Assembly: GCA_028534125.1 (NCBI GenBank)
Contig: CM052816.1
Location: 83,392,001 to 83,456,000 of the forward strand
DNA length: 64,000 nucleotides
Origin: Lama glama
Lineage: Eukaryota
Reading direction: 5' to 3'
In this document: positions 50,661-64,000 of the stretch, one piece after another
Layout of the letters: each line of letters starts with the position of its first letter
Position numbering within the stretch: position 1 is the stretch's first letter
The notes under the pieces: generated by a model
Databases searched by the model: none
What the model was told of the DNA's origin: nothing
Seen by the model: the letters and a program-made list of their open reading frames with translations, nothing else
Made by a program: the position numbers and the translations under genes

Positions 50661-52724
50661 GTGGACTTTTACCCTAGGTTCATTTCAGAGTTACAGTGGT
50701 TTCCAGGTTATATTAAATCATTAAGAAATGAATTTTAACATATTCAAACTAAACTTTCTTAGAGCTGAAGGGTATGCAAAATGATACCCTGTAATCATAT
50801 ACTTTATGTTATACTCACTTTTGAAAGAATTGATAAATTTTCCTTTTTTATGATGTTCTAATATTTCACAGAGATATGGGGCATTTTGACATTCTTGCTG
50901 GAAAGCATATACAGAATGTAAAGAAAGAAACTATGTAATGAACACCAACTGTGTATATCCGTATCACCTTATGGGTCTTATTTTGTCTATTTCTCAGAAC
51001 AACCAGGTAATTGATATTGTTTTGCCTGTTTTATATCCAGGAAGTTGGTTTACAGTGGGAACAGACCAAGTTAACAGATAGGCGAGGTGATCACGTGGAG
51101 ACACACATTCAACAGTAATACAAAGTATGCAGTCTCTAATTTACATTATTCAAATCGATGAGGATGTAGAGGGAGAAAAGGCACTCTTATCCCATTACCC
51201 TAATGATGTTCTCTTGTCTCTTCATAATGATGAATTGATTGCTCTTATACTTTTGTTACTGGCTTTTCTTTTTCAGGCTTTTCCTCTGTAGGAATTTAGA
51301 AGCAATGCAGTGAATATGACAGTTACCAAAAAGACAAAGTGTCAAGCTAGTTGAGAATAACTTTACAATGTGTACATGGATTGCAAACTCAAACATTTCA
51401 ACTCTCTGAGCAAAACTCTCTGTCTTTCAAAACATAACAATTTCTGAAGAATGAGACATCCTTGCTTTATGTGTATGTGTAGATTTTTAATTTGTGAAAA
51501 ATTCAATATTTTGTTGAATTATTTGTAAGTAATAAAACAAAATAAAAATATATATTTTACCTTAATCCAGGTTCAGAGAGGTTCAGAATCTCAGTTATAT
51601 CTTTATTGTAAAGGAAGACAGACTAATCTGAATATACTATAAACATTGACTGCTTAAATATAATACAAAGCATGTCAAATAAGTGTTTAACATACTCGGT
51701 GGGTAAACAAACAAAACTGAATAAACAGCTATAGGGATATAACAAATTGTATCTTTATATTTAATGCCAAACACTGGAATTTGAAATAGCTAATTAAAGA
51801 CATTAGTGAATGTCAATACAGCAATATTTTAATGACTCCAAGATAATCCCACAGCAATCAATTTAGATCAGAATGAGTTTATTGTAAAGTGCCAAAGGTG
51901 GTAAAAATGCTTCCTTTGCACTATAAAGCAACAATTTCTCAAATGAATAATGCCTAGTCAAAATTTAACTAGATAATTACTTAATTTGCATTTATTAGGG
52001 AAATATAATGACAGGGAAGAAAACTCTTTGGGAAATGATCTAAGAGTCAATAGTTGACTTGGATAAACATAGATTTACGTTAACTTCTGAATACAGGAAT
52101 ACATTTAATGCTACTAAAAAATCAGAACAACAACAACAAAACCCAAGAACAAAAACAAATTAACATGAAATTTATTTGACATAAAACTGGTGCCAATTTT
52201 ACACCTGGTACATGTTGAAAAATTACCAACCTCTAATAGAGTTAACTTTGCCTAGTGAGTTAAATAAGAATATAAGCTTCCATTCTCATACTTTAATATA
52301 TAGTTTTCCTAGAAGCAGGGACAGGGTGTCTAATTTTTGCAGTTACATAAGTGGAGATAAAAATAAGTAAATTCATGAAATGTGTTTGTTTCCATATTGT
52401 TCCAAAAGGATATGAATATTGTATACCTCCTTCATGATATTGCAAGTAAAAAGACCTGAAAAAATCACACTTGAATTCAAATATCCCCTTTCATATGACT
52501 GGTCTAATTTATAGAGCTGTTTTGGACCACGAAGCTGGCAGCAGGAGAGTCTTACTTGCAACAAAGGAAGGAACTATAACAATGTTCTGAGTTGGGCTTA
52601 GAGATTATTTAATGTTCAAACAGGTCAGAGGGGTGTCTAATGTTTTGTGACAATAAAGGGGCCCAGAGAAAATATTAAAGGTGATGAGGAGAATCAGGAA
52701 TTAGAAATATAGAGAAATGAAATC

Positions 52725-53130
52725 TAGTATCTTTCAAAAAGGATGACATACTTTGCAGTTTCTCCCATCAAGAAGTGATTATCTATTTTCCCAACCTTTG
52801 AATCAAGACTGGCTTTGCTACTTAGTTTGACCAGTAGAACACAGCAGAAATGACACTGTGCCAGTTCATACAATCCATAAGGACTTGCAGACTTTTCTTT
52901 CTTATAATTCGACTGCTATCTGAACTGTTCTCAAATTGTCTGTGGTACATCCCAGTCTCCTCCATCACTGCCCAACATGTGAAAGTGACTATCCGAATAA
53001 GCCATTCACCAGTAAAACTTTCAAGTTTCTGCAGATAGATGAGTGAATAGTCTGTTATCTACCAAGTCCAGCCTAAGCCAGAAAAAAAAAACAGTAGAAT
53101 TACTGGCTAACTAAATAATTTTTAAGGCAC
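52725..53130 (+). mobile_element. MaLR LTR (MLT1G/H-like)
   Basis: ctcccatcaagaagtg..cctttgaatc..ctggcttt..tttgaccagtagaacacagcagaaatgacactgtgccagtt. Confidence 0.7.
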
Positions 53131-53144
53131 AAAGGAGTCATGAA

Positions 53145-53770
53145 TAAATAGAAAAGCTGAACCATCCAATAACAAGAAGGCAGATTGAATCAGTAATTAA
53201 AAATCTCCCAAAACAGAAAAGCCCTGGACTAGATGGTTTCTGTGGTGAGTTATACCAAACACTTAAAGAATTAAAGCGAACCCTTCACAAATTCTTCCAA
53301 AAACATGAAGAGAAAGGGACACTCTCAAACTCATTTTTCGGGCCAGCATTACCCTGATACCAAAGCCAGATAAGGACACTACAAGAAAATATCCCTGATG
53401 TATATAAATACAAATATTGAAAAGCTATTAGCAGACAGATTCAACAGAGCATTTAAAGGATCATACATTATGACCAAGTAGGACTTTTCCTTAGATTCTA
53501 ACAACATACATTGATCAATAACTGTGATACACCACTTTAATAGAATGAAAGAAAAAATCATATGATCACCTCAACAGATGCAGAAAAAACAATTTCAAAA
53601 TCAAATTCTTTCATAACATTCTCAACAAACTGGGTATAGAAGGACTCCACCTCAACATGATTAAGGATACGCATTTCAAGCCCACAGCTAACATCATACT
53701 CAGTGGTGAATGTTTGACAGCTTCTCCGCTAAGATCAGGAACAAAGGTGCCCACTCTCACCACTCTAATG
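53145..53770 (+). mobile_element. L1 ORF2 (RT N-terminal) fragment
   Basis: gattgaatcagtaattaaaaatctccc..gccctggactagatgg..gccagcattaccctgataccaaagccag..aagatcaggaacaa..tgcccactctcaccact. Confidence 0.9.
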
Positions 53771-54003
53771 TAATATTATATATTATATATAATCATAAGT
53801 ATCATATCTTATTATATATTCCTTTTATATCATATAATTTTAAATATACAATGTACATATTATAAACTATGTAACATATTATATATATTTTATAATAATA
53901 TAAAATTTACTTTTATGCATAGATAGCAACATATGTATATACATGCACAGATACAGATACGCACATACACAGGCACACAAATACACATGCATACATGTAT
54001 ACA
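53770..54003. repeat. AT-rich low-complexity and (CA/TA)n tract
   Basis: Direct inspection. Confidence 0.8.
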
Positions 54004-56029
54004 TTTTTCAACTGAGATTGGAAAGAGGAGAAAAACAAAACTCCATCTGCCTATTGAGCATATTCATAATAAGAATTTCTGAATCTTAACGTCATAAACT
54101 AAAACATTTAAGTAAACATATGAGTATAGACTCATATCTAAAGCAATTTAGAATATCTCCCCTGAAAATCTCACTTGAGGAAAAATTGCTTAGCAAAATA
54201 TTAGTATTCCTTGTGGTATTAACTTTGTAAAACTGGATGCTACATATTTGATATGCAGTTATACATATTAACTGTTTCAGGTAAAATGCAACTATGTGAA
54301 CAACATTGAAACATTCTTCAAAAAGAAAACCCAAATAGTATAAATGACTTGAGGGAATTTTATTCATTCAAAGATTCTTTCATCAAAAGTTTTTCCCTGT
54401 CTTATGAGATTTACGTATCATAAGAAAGACACTACTCTGAAAGAGCTTTTCATATAATGGGTCAGAGACACACGTCTTTGCAATATGAGAATAAGTGGGA
54501 TAAGGATAAAAAGCACAAGAAATCGTATTTTTTATCTGGGCTTGATGGCAGAAATAATTCTTAGAGGAAATGACACTTGATTTGAGTGTAAAACTTGATT
54601 ATTTTAATATCGATAAGTTAAGAGAGAACTTTCAAGACGGGAAACAGTATTACAAGATCTTACTTCCATAGAAAATCTTTAAATATAACATTTTTTAAGG
54701 AGTGTCCCAAGTCATCTGGGCAAATTTTTCCATTTACTGTTTAAGATATGTTACATAAAATACAAATTGGTAAATACGTAAAGTAAAAACAAGTTTCTGA
54801 TTTGAAGTGGTTGCATAAACATAACCTAGAAAAGCTCTGTATACTGATTCTGAGAGAAAAAGTGAGACAGGGAATGAGTTCACAAGCACCTGCGGGGGCA
54901 GAAGAAAGTTGTTTCCACAGATCGGCGATAGTCACGATTCTGTTACATGTCAGTAAAATATATGGTACAAGCCATCTTTTAAAAAGTGAAACATACAGAC
55001 ACAAACAAAAATATTCTAATTCCCAGTTAAATAAGATAAATTTAAGTATCTTCTTACATTAGCAGTGATTTTTTTTAAAGTTATTTCTATATAAAACCTG
55101 AAATAACATACAACATATATAGGCATATACAAATAATAGATAGCATTAAAATCAGTGTTATATAGAGAAAAATCTGAACATTTTAATGGCTTAAAATATA
55201 ATCTTTTTCTCTGTCCAGTGATTAGATGTTAAATTTCCTAAAATTTAAGTTAAATGCAAACTTGCTGTTTGCCAAACAATAGAGACATAAGGAGAGGAAA
55301 ATATCTGTGGCTCACAGGGAAAATAATTATGGTTATAATCCACATGCCTGCAGTTGTGATAACAAAATCTGGCTTTAAAAATATTGAGCTCTAGGATCCT
55401 AATGGGCACCAAAAGAAGACTCAGACAACTTTCTATTATTTTCTTATTTGCATACATTGATGAAGCATTGTGTATGTGTCGGATTCTGTGTATTTCTTTT
55501 CTTTATGAGGCTGTATATTATTATGTTTGTATATATGCACGCATGTGATTGTGTTTGCATTTGTGAGTCTAGCTCTTACTCTCCATTCATTTTTACTATT
55601 ATAATCATAACTCTTTCTCCTCCCCCTTCAGTCTATTTTTCTTTCTGCTTTTACAGCTTCCTAAACCATGTTCTTTCTACATAATTAGCCATTGTCTTCA
55701 ATTAAAATAAGCCTATATTTTTTTCTCTACTTGGCAAAAAAGAGATGATATTTGTTCATCCTACTATTAAAGAATAAGTGAGCCATATACTTTATATATC
55801 TTTCTGAAATACATCTGCATTTTATAAATATGGATATTTAATTTTTTAAGGTTCACTGGCCCTCAGTAGAAAAGAAAAACTACAACATGGTAAAATAAGT
55901 GTTTCTTATGAAGAACTGAAAAATATAATAGCATTTCATTATAAAACATCTGTAGAACTTTCAAATATTGGACAATATTTCTAAAATCAGTGTTTAAAAA
56001 TTCAGTATTACTTACCAACAGTACAGATG

Positions 56030-57190
56030 CTTTTTTTAACTACATTTATTAAAGTATAATTAACACGCAAAAGAGTTCATATGAACTTGTGAAACCATAC
56101 ACAATCAAGAAAATAAACAAAACTACTGTGTCCAAATATTTCCTAATACCCTTTTGTAATCTCTCCCACTCATACCCTTAAGCTTTTATAAAGTGATATA
56201 ATTAGAAACTTACAGCATGTACTATTTTTTTGCCCAGCTTCTTTCATTCAACGTAATTGTTTGAAACTCATCCATATTGTACCTGGTATCAACACTGCAC
56301 TCCTTTACTCTTCTGTATTGTTGAATAGTAGTACATTGTATGGATATTCCAAGTTTGTTTGTCCATTCACTCTTTGGTGGCCATTTGTTTTATTTCTAGT
56401 TTTGCCTATTACAAATAAAGCTGCTATGAATATTTATGAATCTTTTATAGACATGCTTTTATTTCTCTTGAGTAAATACCCAGGAGTGAAACATCTGAAA
56501 CATAAAATAATAATACATTTAAATTTTTAAGAAACTGCCAATTATTTTCCAATATGAGCTCACCAACTTACATTCTTATCAGTAGTGTGTGAGTGTAGGT
56601 TTTTCATAGATGCTGCATATGGTTGACAATATTTCTTCTTATTTTCACTCTGCTAGAATTTTATTATTAATGCTAGATAATTATATCCATCAAATGTCTT
56701 TTCTATGTATTGAAATAATCTTAAGATTTTTCTTTCTTATCTTTAAATTTATTAATATGGTATATTAAATTGATATTTTGCATTCTCATGATAAACCACA
56801 CTTGGTCAAAATGAATTTAGTTTTATATAATGTTGGATTAGACTTGTGATAAAATTGTGCACATATATTTTGCCTCTATACTGATAAGATGAACTCATCT
56901 GTAGTTTTATTTACTTATAATATTGTAAGGGTTCTTTTTATCAGGGTAATGTTGACCTCATGATATATAAAAAGCATTCACTTCTCTTTAATTCTCAAAA
57001 AGACTGTAAAATTCATTTAACAGTTCCCTTAATATATTTGGTAAAATTATTTCCTTTGGCCTAAAGGAACTTCTTTAGCTTTTTTATGGTATTCATCTCC
57101 TGGTGATGAAATTTTTCAACTTTTATATGACTGAAAATGTCTGTTTTCCACCTTTATCTTTGAAAGATTTTTTGGGTAGTATAGAAACTT
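56030..57190 (-). mobile_element. L1MC/ME-like 3'UTR and ORF2 fragments
   Basis: cttctttcattcaac..tattacaaataaagctgctatgaat..tttctcttgagtaaatacc..aagaaactgccaa; gataaaccacacttggtca; atcagggtaatgttgacctcat. Confidence 0.75.
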
Positions 57191-60100
57191 ATTAACCCCC
57201 CCCCTTAAAATACAGTGATCCAGTTTGTACATCCTCCTATGCCAATAGCCATCTAAAATTAAAAATAAATACATCTGAAGGAAAAGAAAAATATTCAGAT
57301 ACTCAAATTATCTTTAGTAAGTTGATAGATAAGTATGCAATTTAATTTAAAAAAGGAGGCAAATGAACATACAACTTGATTATTCACTGACAAGTGATGT
57401 CAAAAGATAATAGAAAAACACTCCCAAAGATTTTAAATGATAGATATTAAACAAGAATTTAAAATAATATGCTTAAAATATATAAGGAATTGAAGTGCAA
57501 TATTGATAATTTTGGCAAAGAATTAGAAAATATAAAAACAAGCAGAATTTGTAGAATAATCATAATCATAATCATAAACTATACCTCAATAAAAATCTGG
57601 GAAACAAAATAATAATAATAAAACTAATAAAAATCAAAGAAAACATTTTAAGCAACTAGAGGAATATAAGTACATATCACATTTACAGGACAATTACTGT
57701 AATTTTTATTCCTGTATATATCTTATACTAACTGAAGTCAAAAGAAAAAATTCAAATATATTAATCATAGCTAAAAGCTTTCTGTTGAGTTGACTTTAAG
57801 GTTTTATTACAGTTATCTATGAGGGTTTGAGAAAGCATGACACATAGGAAATCAATGGTATTTTAGCTTTACTGGAGAGGGATAAATAAAAGTAAATGAT
57901 GAAAACTTAATAACGAGTTTTGCATGGGATGACATGTGTAATTTCAAAAGATCATACCTTTTTCTCTTGTCAGATAGATAATGATAGCACACTGTGTTAT
58001 CAAGAGTGTGGGCAATTAATGGATATTTATGTATTGTGGGAAATTTAACTCTCACGCTCTGGGGAAGACAATTTGACAAATACTATCAAAATGTAAAATT
58101 GCACGTTATTCCCAGTGGTTCTATTCCTTAGATATTTAAATAGAACATAGAAGACTTAGTTTTCTTAATAATATTATTTTTGTTATAGTTCAAAGTTATG
58201 AGTGAAATATCCATGTAGAGATCCATGGCAAATAAATATGTTTCTCTTGTACATTAATGAATACTATTTTTCATTTAAAGAAACAAACTAAAAATATGTG
58301 TGTGGGGCGTTGTTTGAATATAGGCCCCTTTAAAGAAGAAACAAAGTCAGAATGTGTAAAAATTTACACATTAACACTTCTTGTTACATTCCCAAGCGTT
58401 ATTACTGTGATTCATTCAGTATGTAAGCAAAATACTAACAACAGTAAAAATTTTGCTTTGTAAAGATAGCTCTCTTCAACCTCCAAATTATATGAGCCTA
58501 AAAAAAGATGAGGCAATAATATTAGGGATAAAATATTCTAATTAAGTGTTCTCTAAAAATTTTTTCTAAACTTTGTAACTCCTACCATTTGTATCTACAT
58601 ATATTCATTCTTTACTATAAATATATATTTATAAATATAGCATACTATATAATGTAGTTTAGGAACATTTTTCACCTGCTTAAGAAAGAGAAAAATGTCC
58701 CCATTAAATAATTTTATGAAAATGCAAGACTATTTCAAATTAAATGTCAAGATTTGCTGTATAAATAAGAAACAGAAGAAATTCAAAAGGAAGAAAATCT
58801 AGATAGTCTGGACATTGGAAATACATTTCTTAGAAAATATCAGGTATGTGTAGATGAGTACATCACAATTCATACAGCAGGAAGAAGGAATGTCAAACAA
58901 ACTGTAACAACGTGAGATATAGGGCAGCTATGTATGAATTCAGTGACTTGCTGAACACTCAGATATAGTAGATGCTGTGATATGGAGAAAGTCTGGAGAG
59001 TTACACCTTACAAGTTTGCAAAGAAATATGACTAATTCAATTACATATAACACTGCCAAATTTATCAGAAGATTGTAACAAATTTGTTTCTTACTGCTAG
59101 CATTTTAGCCAAATCTCTAACATCTTGGCTTTAACAGCCAATTATGATATTGAAATATGAAATTAATTTTCATATTCCATTTAAGGTCTGATATCTCTAG
59201 AATTGGCTTCATGTGAAGGGTTTTAACGCCTGTTCTTCAGATCCTTTATCATTCCCAGCCAAAACCACAGACACTACTAACTGACCTCATATTACCTGAA
59301 AAGCTCAAATCCACTCTCTTCTGGGAATGTAAGCTTTCTGTTGGAGTCTAACTAGGAGTTCTCATTTATTAAAACTTCCCCATCTATACAATTTGAGATA
59401 TAACAGGAAGTATAACATGGAGTTTAAAACTCACTTTTATTGAAGATAGAAGCTAAACTGGATGACTAAGTTAATATAAGATAAATGTATCTGCTGATAC
59501 AACCAGTAGAATAAGGCTGATTTACCTGTCTGCTTGAAGGCAGGGGATCTGCACATTTAAAACAGTCATGATGGAACAGAGAACTGGTACTTTCTGAGGG
59601 CAATAATTGCTAAGAGGAGCTAAGAAGGAGAGGGAGTGTGCCATAAAAATCCAGTTTTTCTTTACACACCCTTAGACATAATATTCTACCTCACTAGGAA
59701 GGAAATAAATAACAAAGGAGGTCAATGGCTCATACTATACTTTGAGAAAATCCTGTTTATGGAAATAAAGATCTTGGAAAAGGGTATTTTTTCTTCATTT
59801 GTAATGATTCACCAGTTCCCTTTATTGTGATGCAGAAAATTCTGCTATACTGTACGTAGACCTCTCCACTTGCCCTTTCAACAATAATCTACTGATTATC
59901 CTAACTCCACTATTGTCAAGAAAAGGCAACTGCCAACCACTGAATGCATTCAAATCTCAAAACAAATTTAACTATCCAAATTTTCTGGAGATTCCACCAG
60001 TATGCTCTTTATCACACTACATAAGGTACCTATTATTGTTGCTTTTTTTTTTTTTCAACCAGCTCTCAAAATTATGTTACTTCCCCAAGGCCCAGTTTTT

Positions 60101-63100
60101 TTGTTTTGTTTTGTTTTGTTTTTTGTTTCTTCTTCTCTACGAAAAGTTCTCTGATTAATCCAACCTGACATTATTTTATATTTTTCATTTTATGGTACCT
60201 TTTGAGTAACTGTATAATCTGGACGTTATGACTTTTTATATGGTTTTCAATGTGTGTGTGTGTGTGCTTGTATGTGTGTATTCACATGCATGTGTTAAAT
60301 GTATTTTTTTATGTTACATTATATTTCCTGATTTAATTTTTAGGAACAAACTTAGCAAACAATGCAAATTAAATTAAAATGTATTCTCCTTAAAATGATA
60401 ATTTCTATTTTTCTTACAATATTTGTAATAGCTAAAATGTAATCAAATAAATAAAAATAGGCCAATGAAAATTATTTTAAAAATACAACTTAGAGAAATA
60501 AATCATTAATATGTTTTTTTTCAACTTTCATACTTCCATAAACTTTCTTTACACCAAATATTGATTTCCATCTATTATTTTTAACCTAGATTTTCAATAA
60601 AGATATTACATAAGTGGGAAACACAGTTAATGGCTATTATGCAAATGCAGGAATTCAATATCATAATCAATAGGGTTAACTGCATCAATGAACTAGGAAT
60701 GAAACTTAATGAAAAACATCAAGGTTTTGACAATAGACTATAACAAAGCTAACTCTAGAGTATGACTGCATTAAGTCCACAAGTATGGAGGTATGGCCCC
60801 ATGTTACTTTGTCTTCCCCACATGTTCTAACTGCCAAATAATGCTACTTTTAAAACTAAATTTTATAAACTTCATGGAAATATGGATCAACTGGCTTGAA
60901 CTGAATACAGTTCTTAGTGCCAGAAGAATTTTATTCTGTTAGCTGGAATTGCCCATTAGACCAGGGCTTCCTATGACCATAGACCTGCAGACAGTCTGTA
61001 CAGGCTGCAGCTTGTTTCACACTCTCCTTGATACCATCCCTGATCAAACATTCACTCTCTCTTTAATCTAAGATATGGGGTGATCTCATGTCTCTGGATT
61101 TTATTATGTTCTTTTGATTGGATGTAGCTTATATGACTCTAAATGTTTCCACTGATTAAGAATTACCTAAAATAAGTATCATGAAATAAATCATCACATA
61201 AGACATTATCCTTCCAAAAATAAAGATTAGAATTGTTGACAAAAACCACACAAAGGACAGTCGAGTTTCTGAATATCATAAATACAAACAAAATCTGCTG
61301 GGACATATGATAATTAGATATGGATTGTTATTCAAATCACAGTTTTTTGGCAGAACAACTCAGTGTGCTGAGGTTTCTTTGAGGGCATTATAATGTGAAA
61401 TTTATTTTACAGTAAAATTTTAAAAATTTCTTAATGAGCTTAGTATATATGTAATATAATTATTTTTCACTTATAATTAATAATAGCAATTATTTAATAT
61501 AGGTCTTAAAGTGATATAGTAGTTTGTAAGTCAAGAGCAAGAAAATTATTGATACATTTACCTTGCTGCTTTTCCTTCCAATAAGATATAAAAATTAAAA
61601 TCACAAAGATATACTCATTAAAAAAACTTACGTTAGAAATTACTTTACACATAAGAATTAAATACATTTGAAAAAAAAGGGAAGCTTTCACTTCAGTTAC
61701 ACATGTGTGCCTGAAAATTGCAGAAAATTATATGTGAACTTTTCTGTAATACTGTAATGTTCATTGACAATAATTCTTTTTAGATTAATAATATAGTATT
61801 GTGATGTTTTGCTATGACCAAAATTCCAAATACTCATAAAGATTCTGGGGGATGGTGGATTGTTTTTTAATAAGGTGATTTAGATATGTAGTTTGATACT
61901 GATTGCATATATATTTTCTTCTATCTTAAAAATTTCAAAATCTAGGGAGATATTTTCACAAAGATTTTTAAATGATCACCACAGTAAGTCTAGTTAACAG
62001 AGAAAAATTTTTGACAACATTCTTTTCAGTTGTCATTCGTTGTTTTACTTTTTTTCCCTCTAAGACATTATTTTTTGTTTTGACAAAATGTTATACTTCT
62101 CAAACACCTTGATTTTTATAGCTCAAGAATGATATTGTGAAACAAAAGGCTCATTTTCATAGAGGTCCAGGAGTCTCCAGGGAAGAGAATCATCAAGACT
62201 CTATTTTCACTTTGGAATTTAAGGTTACTGAATGTTGTCCAATGATTTCACATGGCCCAGTTGAAATGTTTGGCAACAATAAACACCAAGGTTATCTTCA
62301 ACCACACCTTCTGAAATAAGCCTCATCAGAGGAAGCAGGCATTATTATCAAATAACTCTGGCTCAAAGTAACCACCCAGAAGCCAGATGAACCAGCATGA
62401 AGTCTGGGTACAGTGTAATGCTAGTAGCTGGCACCTTCCCACTGATATGATGGACAAGCTTTCTAAGTTTTGATCTTCTTTGTATTTTCAAAATAATAAG
62501 CCATAACTTAAGTGTCCCAAGCAATATTTAGCATAAGGCCTCTCACCATCATTTGCTAAACCACAGTGGATTATGCTAAGGTTTCTTATGACATCGTTGT
62601 TTAAAAAGTGGGAATTAAGATTTATTTTCATGTAGAAGAATTGTGAAAAGGTTAATTTTCCTCCTTTCCATAAAAAAAAGAATCAGTTCTTGGAATAACA
62701 AGGACAATATTAGGGTCCTATGAAGCTTGTTTTAAATTTGACAATGTCTTAGAAAAACAGAAATGATGATGGCAGAAACTTGACCCAGGATTATTTGGAA
62801 GTATGAAGAAGGACTCACACTGAGAGATTGGATTTGGTTAGAGTTTATGGCTTCACAGAAGAAAACATGGACTTCACCATAAGCTTGGTATATGGACTTT
62901 TAAGTAAAGGTTTTGAATATTAAACAATTTGTTACATTATCTGCATCCCATTAGATTTATAGGTATTGGAGGAATATAAGCTTTTAGAGGACACAAGCTA
63001 CAAAATAAATATTATTAAGTCAACAAGTTAGAATATGTTGAATTAAAAGCTAACATGGACTAGAAAAAGAGAAGATTCTTCATAGATTAAATGTAGAAAC

Positions 63101-63391
63101 AAACAGAAGGAAATTCACTTAGGGTATTATTATCTGGTCAGAGGAAGATGCAAACTATACTTAGCTATCACTTTGGTGTGAATTTCGTTTGTTTTTTTTT
63201 TCTGTTTCTAATCACCTCACCAAGTTGTTAAAGTGGAAAGACAATAAACTGCTCCACTTTAAGAAATGCATGAAATGCTATTACACTGATGAATCCATAC
63301 CAGCCCTTTCCCCTTTTGTTTATTATTCCAGGATCCTCCCTCATTCCATTGTTCCTAACTTTTTAAAGTATTTTCTTCTTATATATACCCA

Positions 63392-63933
63392 CAAATGTCA
63401 TTAGACAGAAGATCAATGAGGCATCAGAGATCCTAAATGACACAACAGAGCAGTTGGATTTGGTGATATACATTCCTCGTAAGTGCATATGGAACATTCT
63501 CTAGGATAGGTCACATACTCAAACACAAAATAAGCCCCAACAAATTTAAGGATAGGAATTATTTTAAGCATCTTTTCTGACACAATGGCATGCAACTAGA
63601 ACTCAACCACAGAAAAACAAACAAGAAGAAAACAACTGCATGGAGACTAAACAACATGCTACCCAAAAAACAATGGTAAATGATTAAATCAAAGAAGAAA
63701 TTTAAAGAGAACCTCATATAAATGACAATGAAAACACAACCACACAAAATCTATTGGGTACGGCAAAAGCAGTCCTAAGACGGAAGTTCATAGCGATACA
63801 GGCCTTTCTCAAAAAACAAGAACAATGTCAAATAAATAATCTATACCCTACCACCTAAAAGAACTAGAAAAAGAAGAGCAAGCAAAACCTAAAGTTAGCA
63901 GAAGGAAAGAAATACTAATGATCAAGGAGAAGA
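63392..63933 (+). mobile_element. Relatively young L1 ORF2 endonuclease-region fragment
   Basis: catatggaacattctctaggataggtcacatact; agcatcttttctgacacaatggcatg; tggagactaaacaacatgct; aaacctaaagttagcagaaggaaagaaata. Confidence 0.9.
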
Positions 63934-64000
63934 TTTTGTGTGGAGTCTTTAGTGTTTTCTACATATAGAATCACATCATCCTCATATAATGACAATTTTA
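63934..64000 (-). mobile_element. L1 ORF2 RT catalytic-motif segment, inverted
   Basis: Reverse strand reads KLSLYEDDVILYVENTKDSTQ, the YADD region with a mutation. Confidence 0.85.

Noticed and set aside
54880..54935. CTCF-like motif (cacctgcgggggcag) in a small CpG cluster
   Set aside because: Fits the core only with a gap or several mismatches, and the cluster is far too small for a CpG island.
60985..61012. Near-palindrome cagtctgtacaggctg flanked by ctgcag
   Set aside because: Too short to exceed chance in 64 kb.
1..64000. CRISPR array, operon or other prokaryote-style system
   Set aside because: The sequence is mammalian non-coding DNA; there are no regularly spaced direct repeats or gene-dense segments.

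Overview
AT-rich, repeat-dominated mammalian DNA, most likely from a camelid: a Vic-1-like tRNA-derived SINE sits at 42038-42196, and cetartiodactyl-type L1 3' tails and a Tigger2a_Art-like MITE are present. I see no credible protein-coding exon, CpG island or intact RNA gene; the ORF-track entries are chance ORFs, decayed L1/LTR sequence or N-gap artefacts. The window looks like gene desert or a large intron, made of L1 copies of several ages, L2/MIR remnants, MaLR/ERVL/ERV1 LTRs (several nested, with visible TSDs), DNA-transposon MITEs, microsatellites and a 500-N gap. Best leads: (1) a young, CpG-rich 290-bp class III (LTR18/ERV-S-like) solo LTR with a perfect TSD and DR1, AP-1 and NRF1 motifs; (2) a single MER41-like LTR with env/PPT sequence upstream and possible PBS/leader sequence downstream; (3) a four-part alternative hairpin carrying an AAAGUGC seed at about 23.1-23.2 kb; (4) a tail-to-tail L1 inversion junction at the right edge. 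Repeat family names come from remembered consensus sequences, not a search, and many boundaries are approximate. I cannot support a new multi-gene system here.
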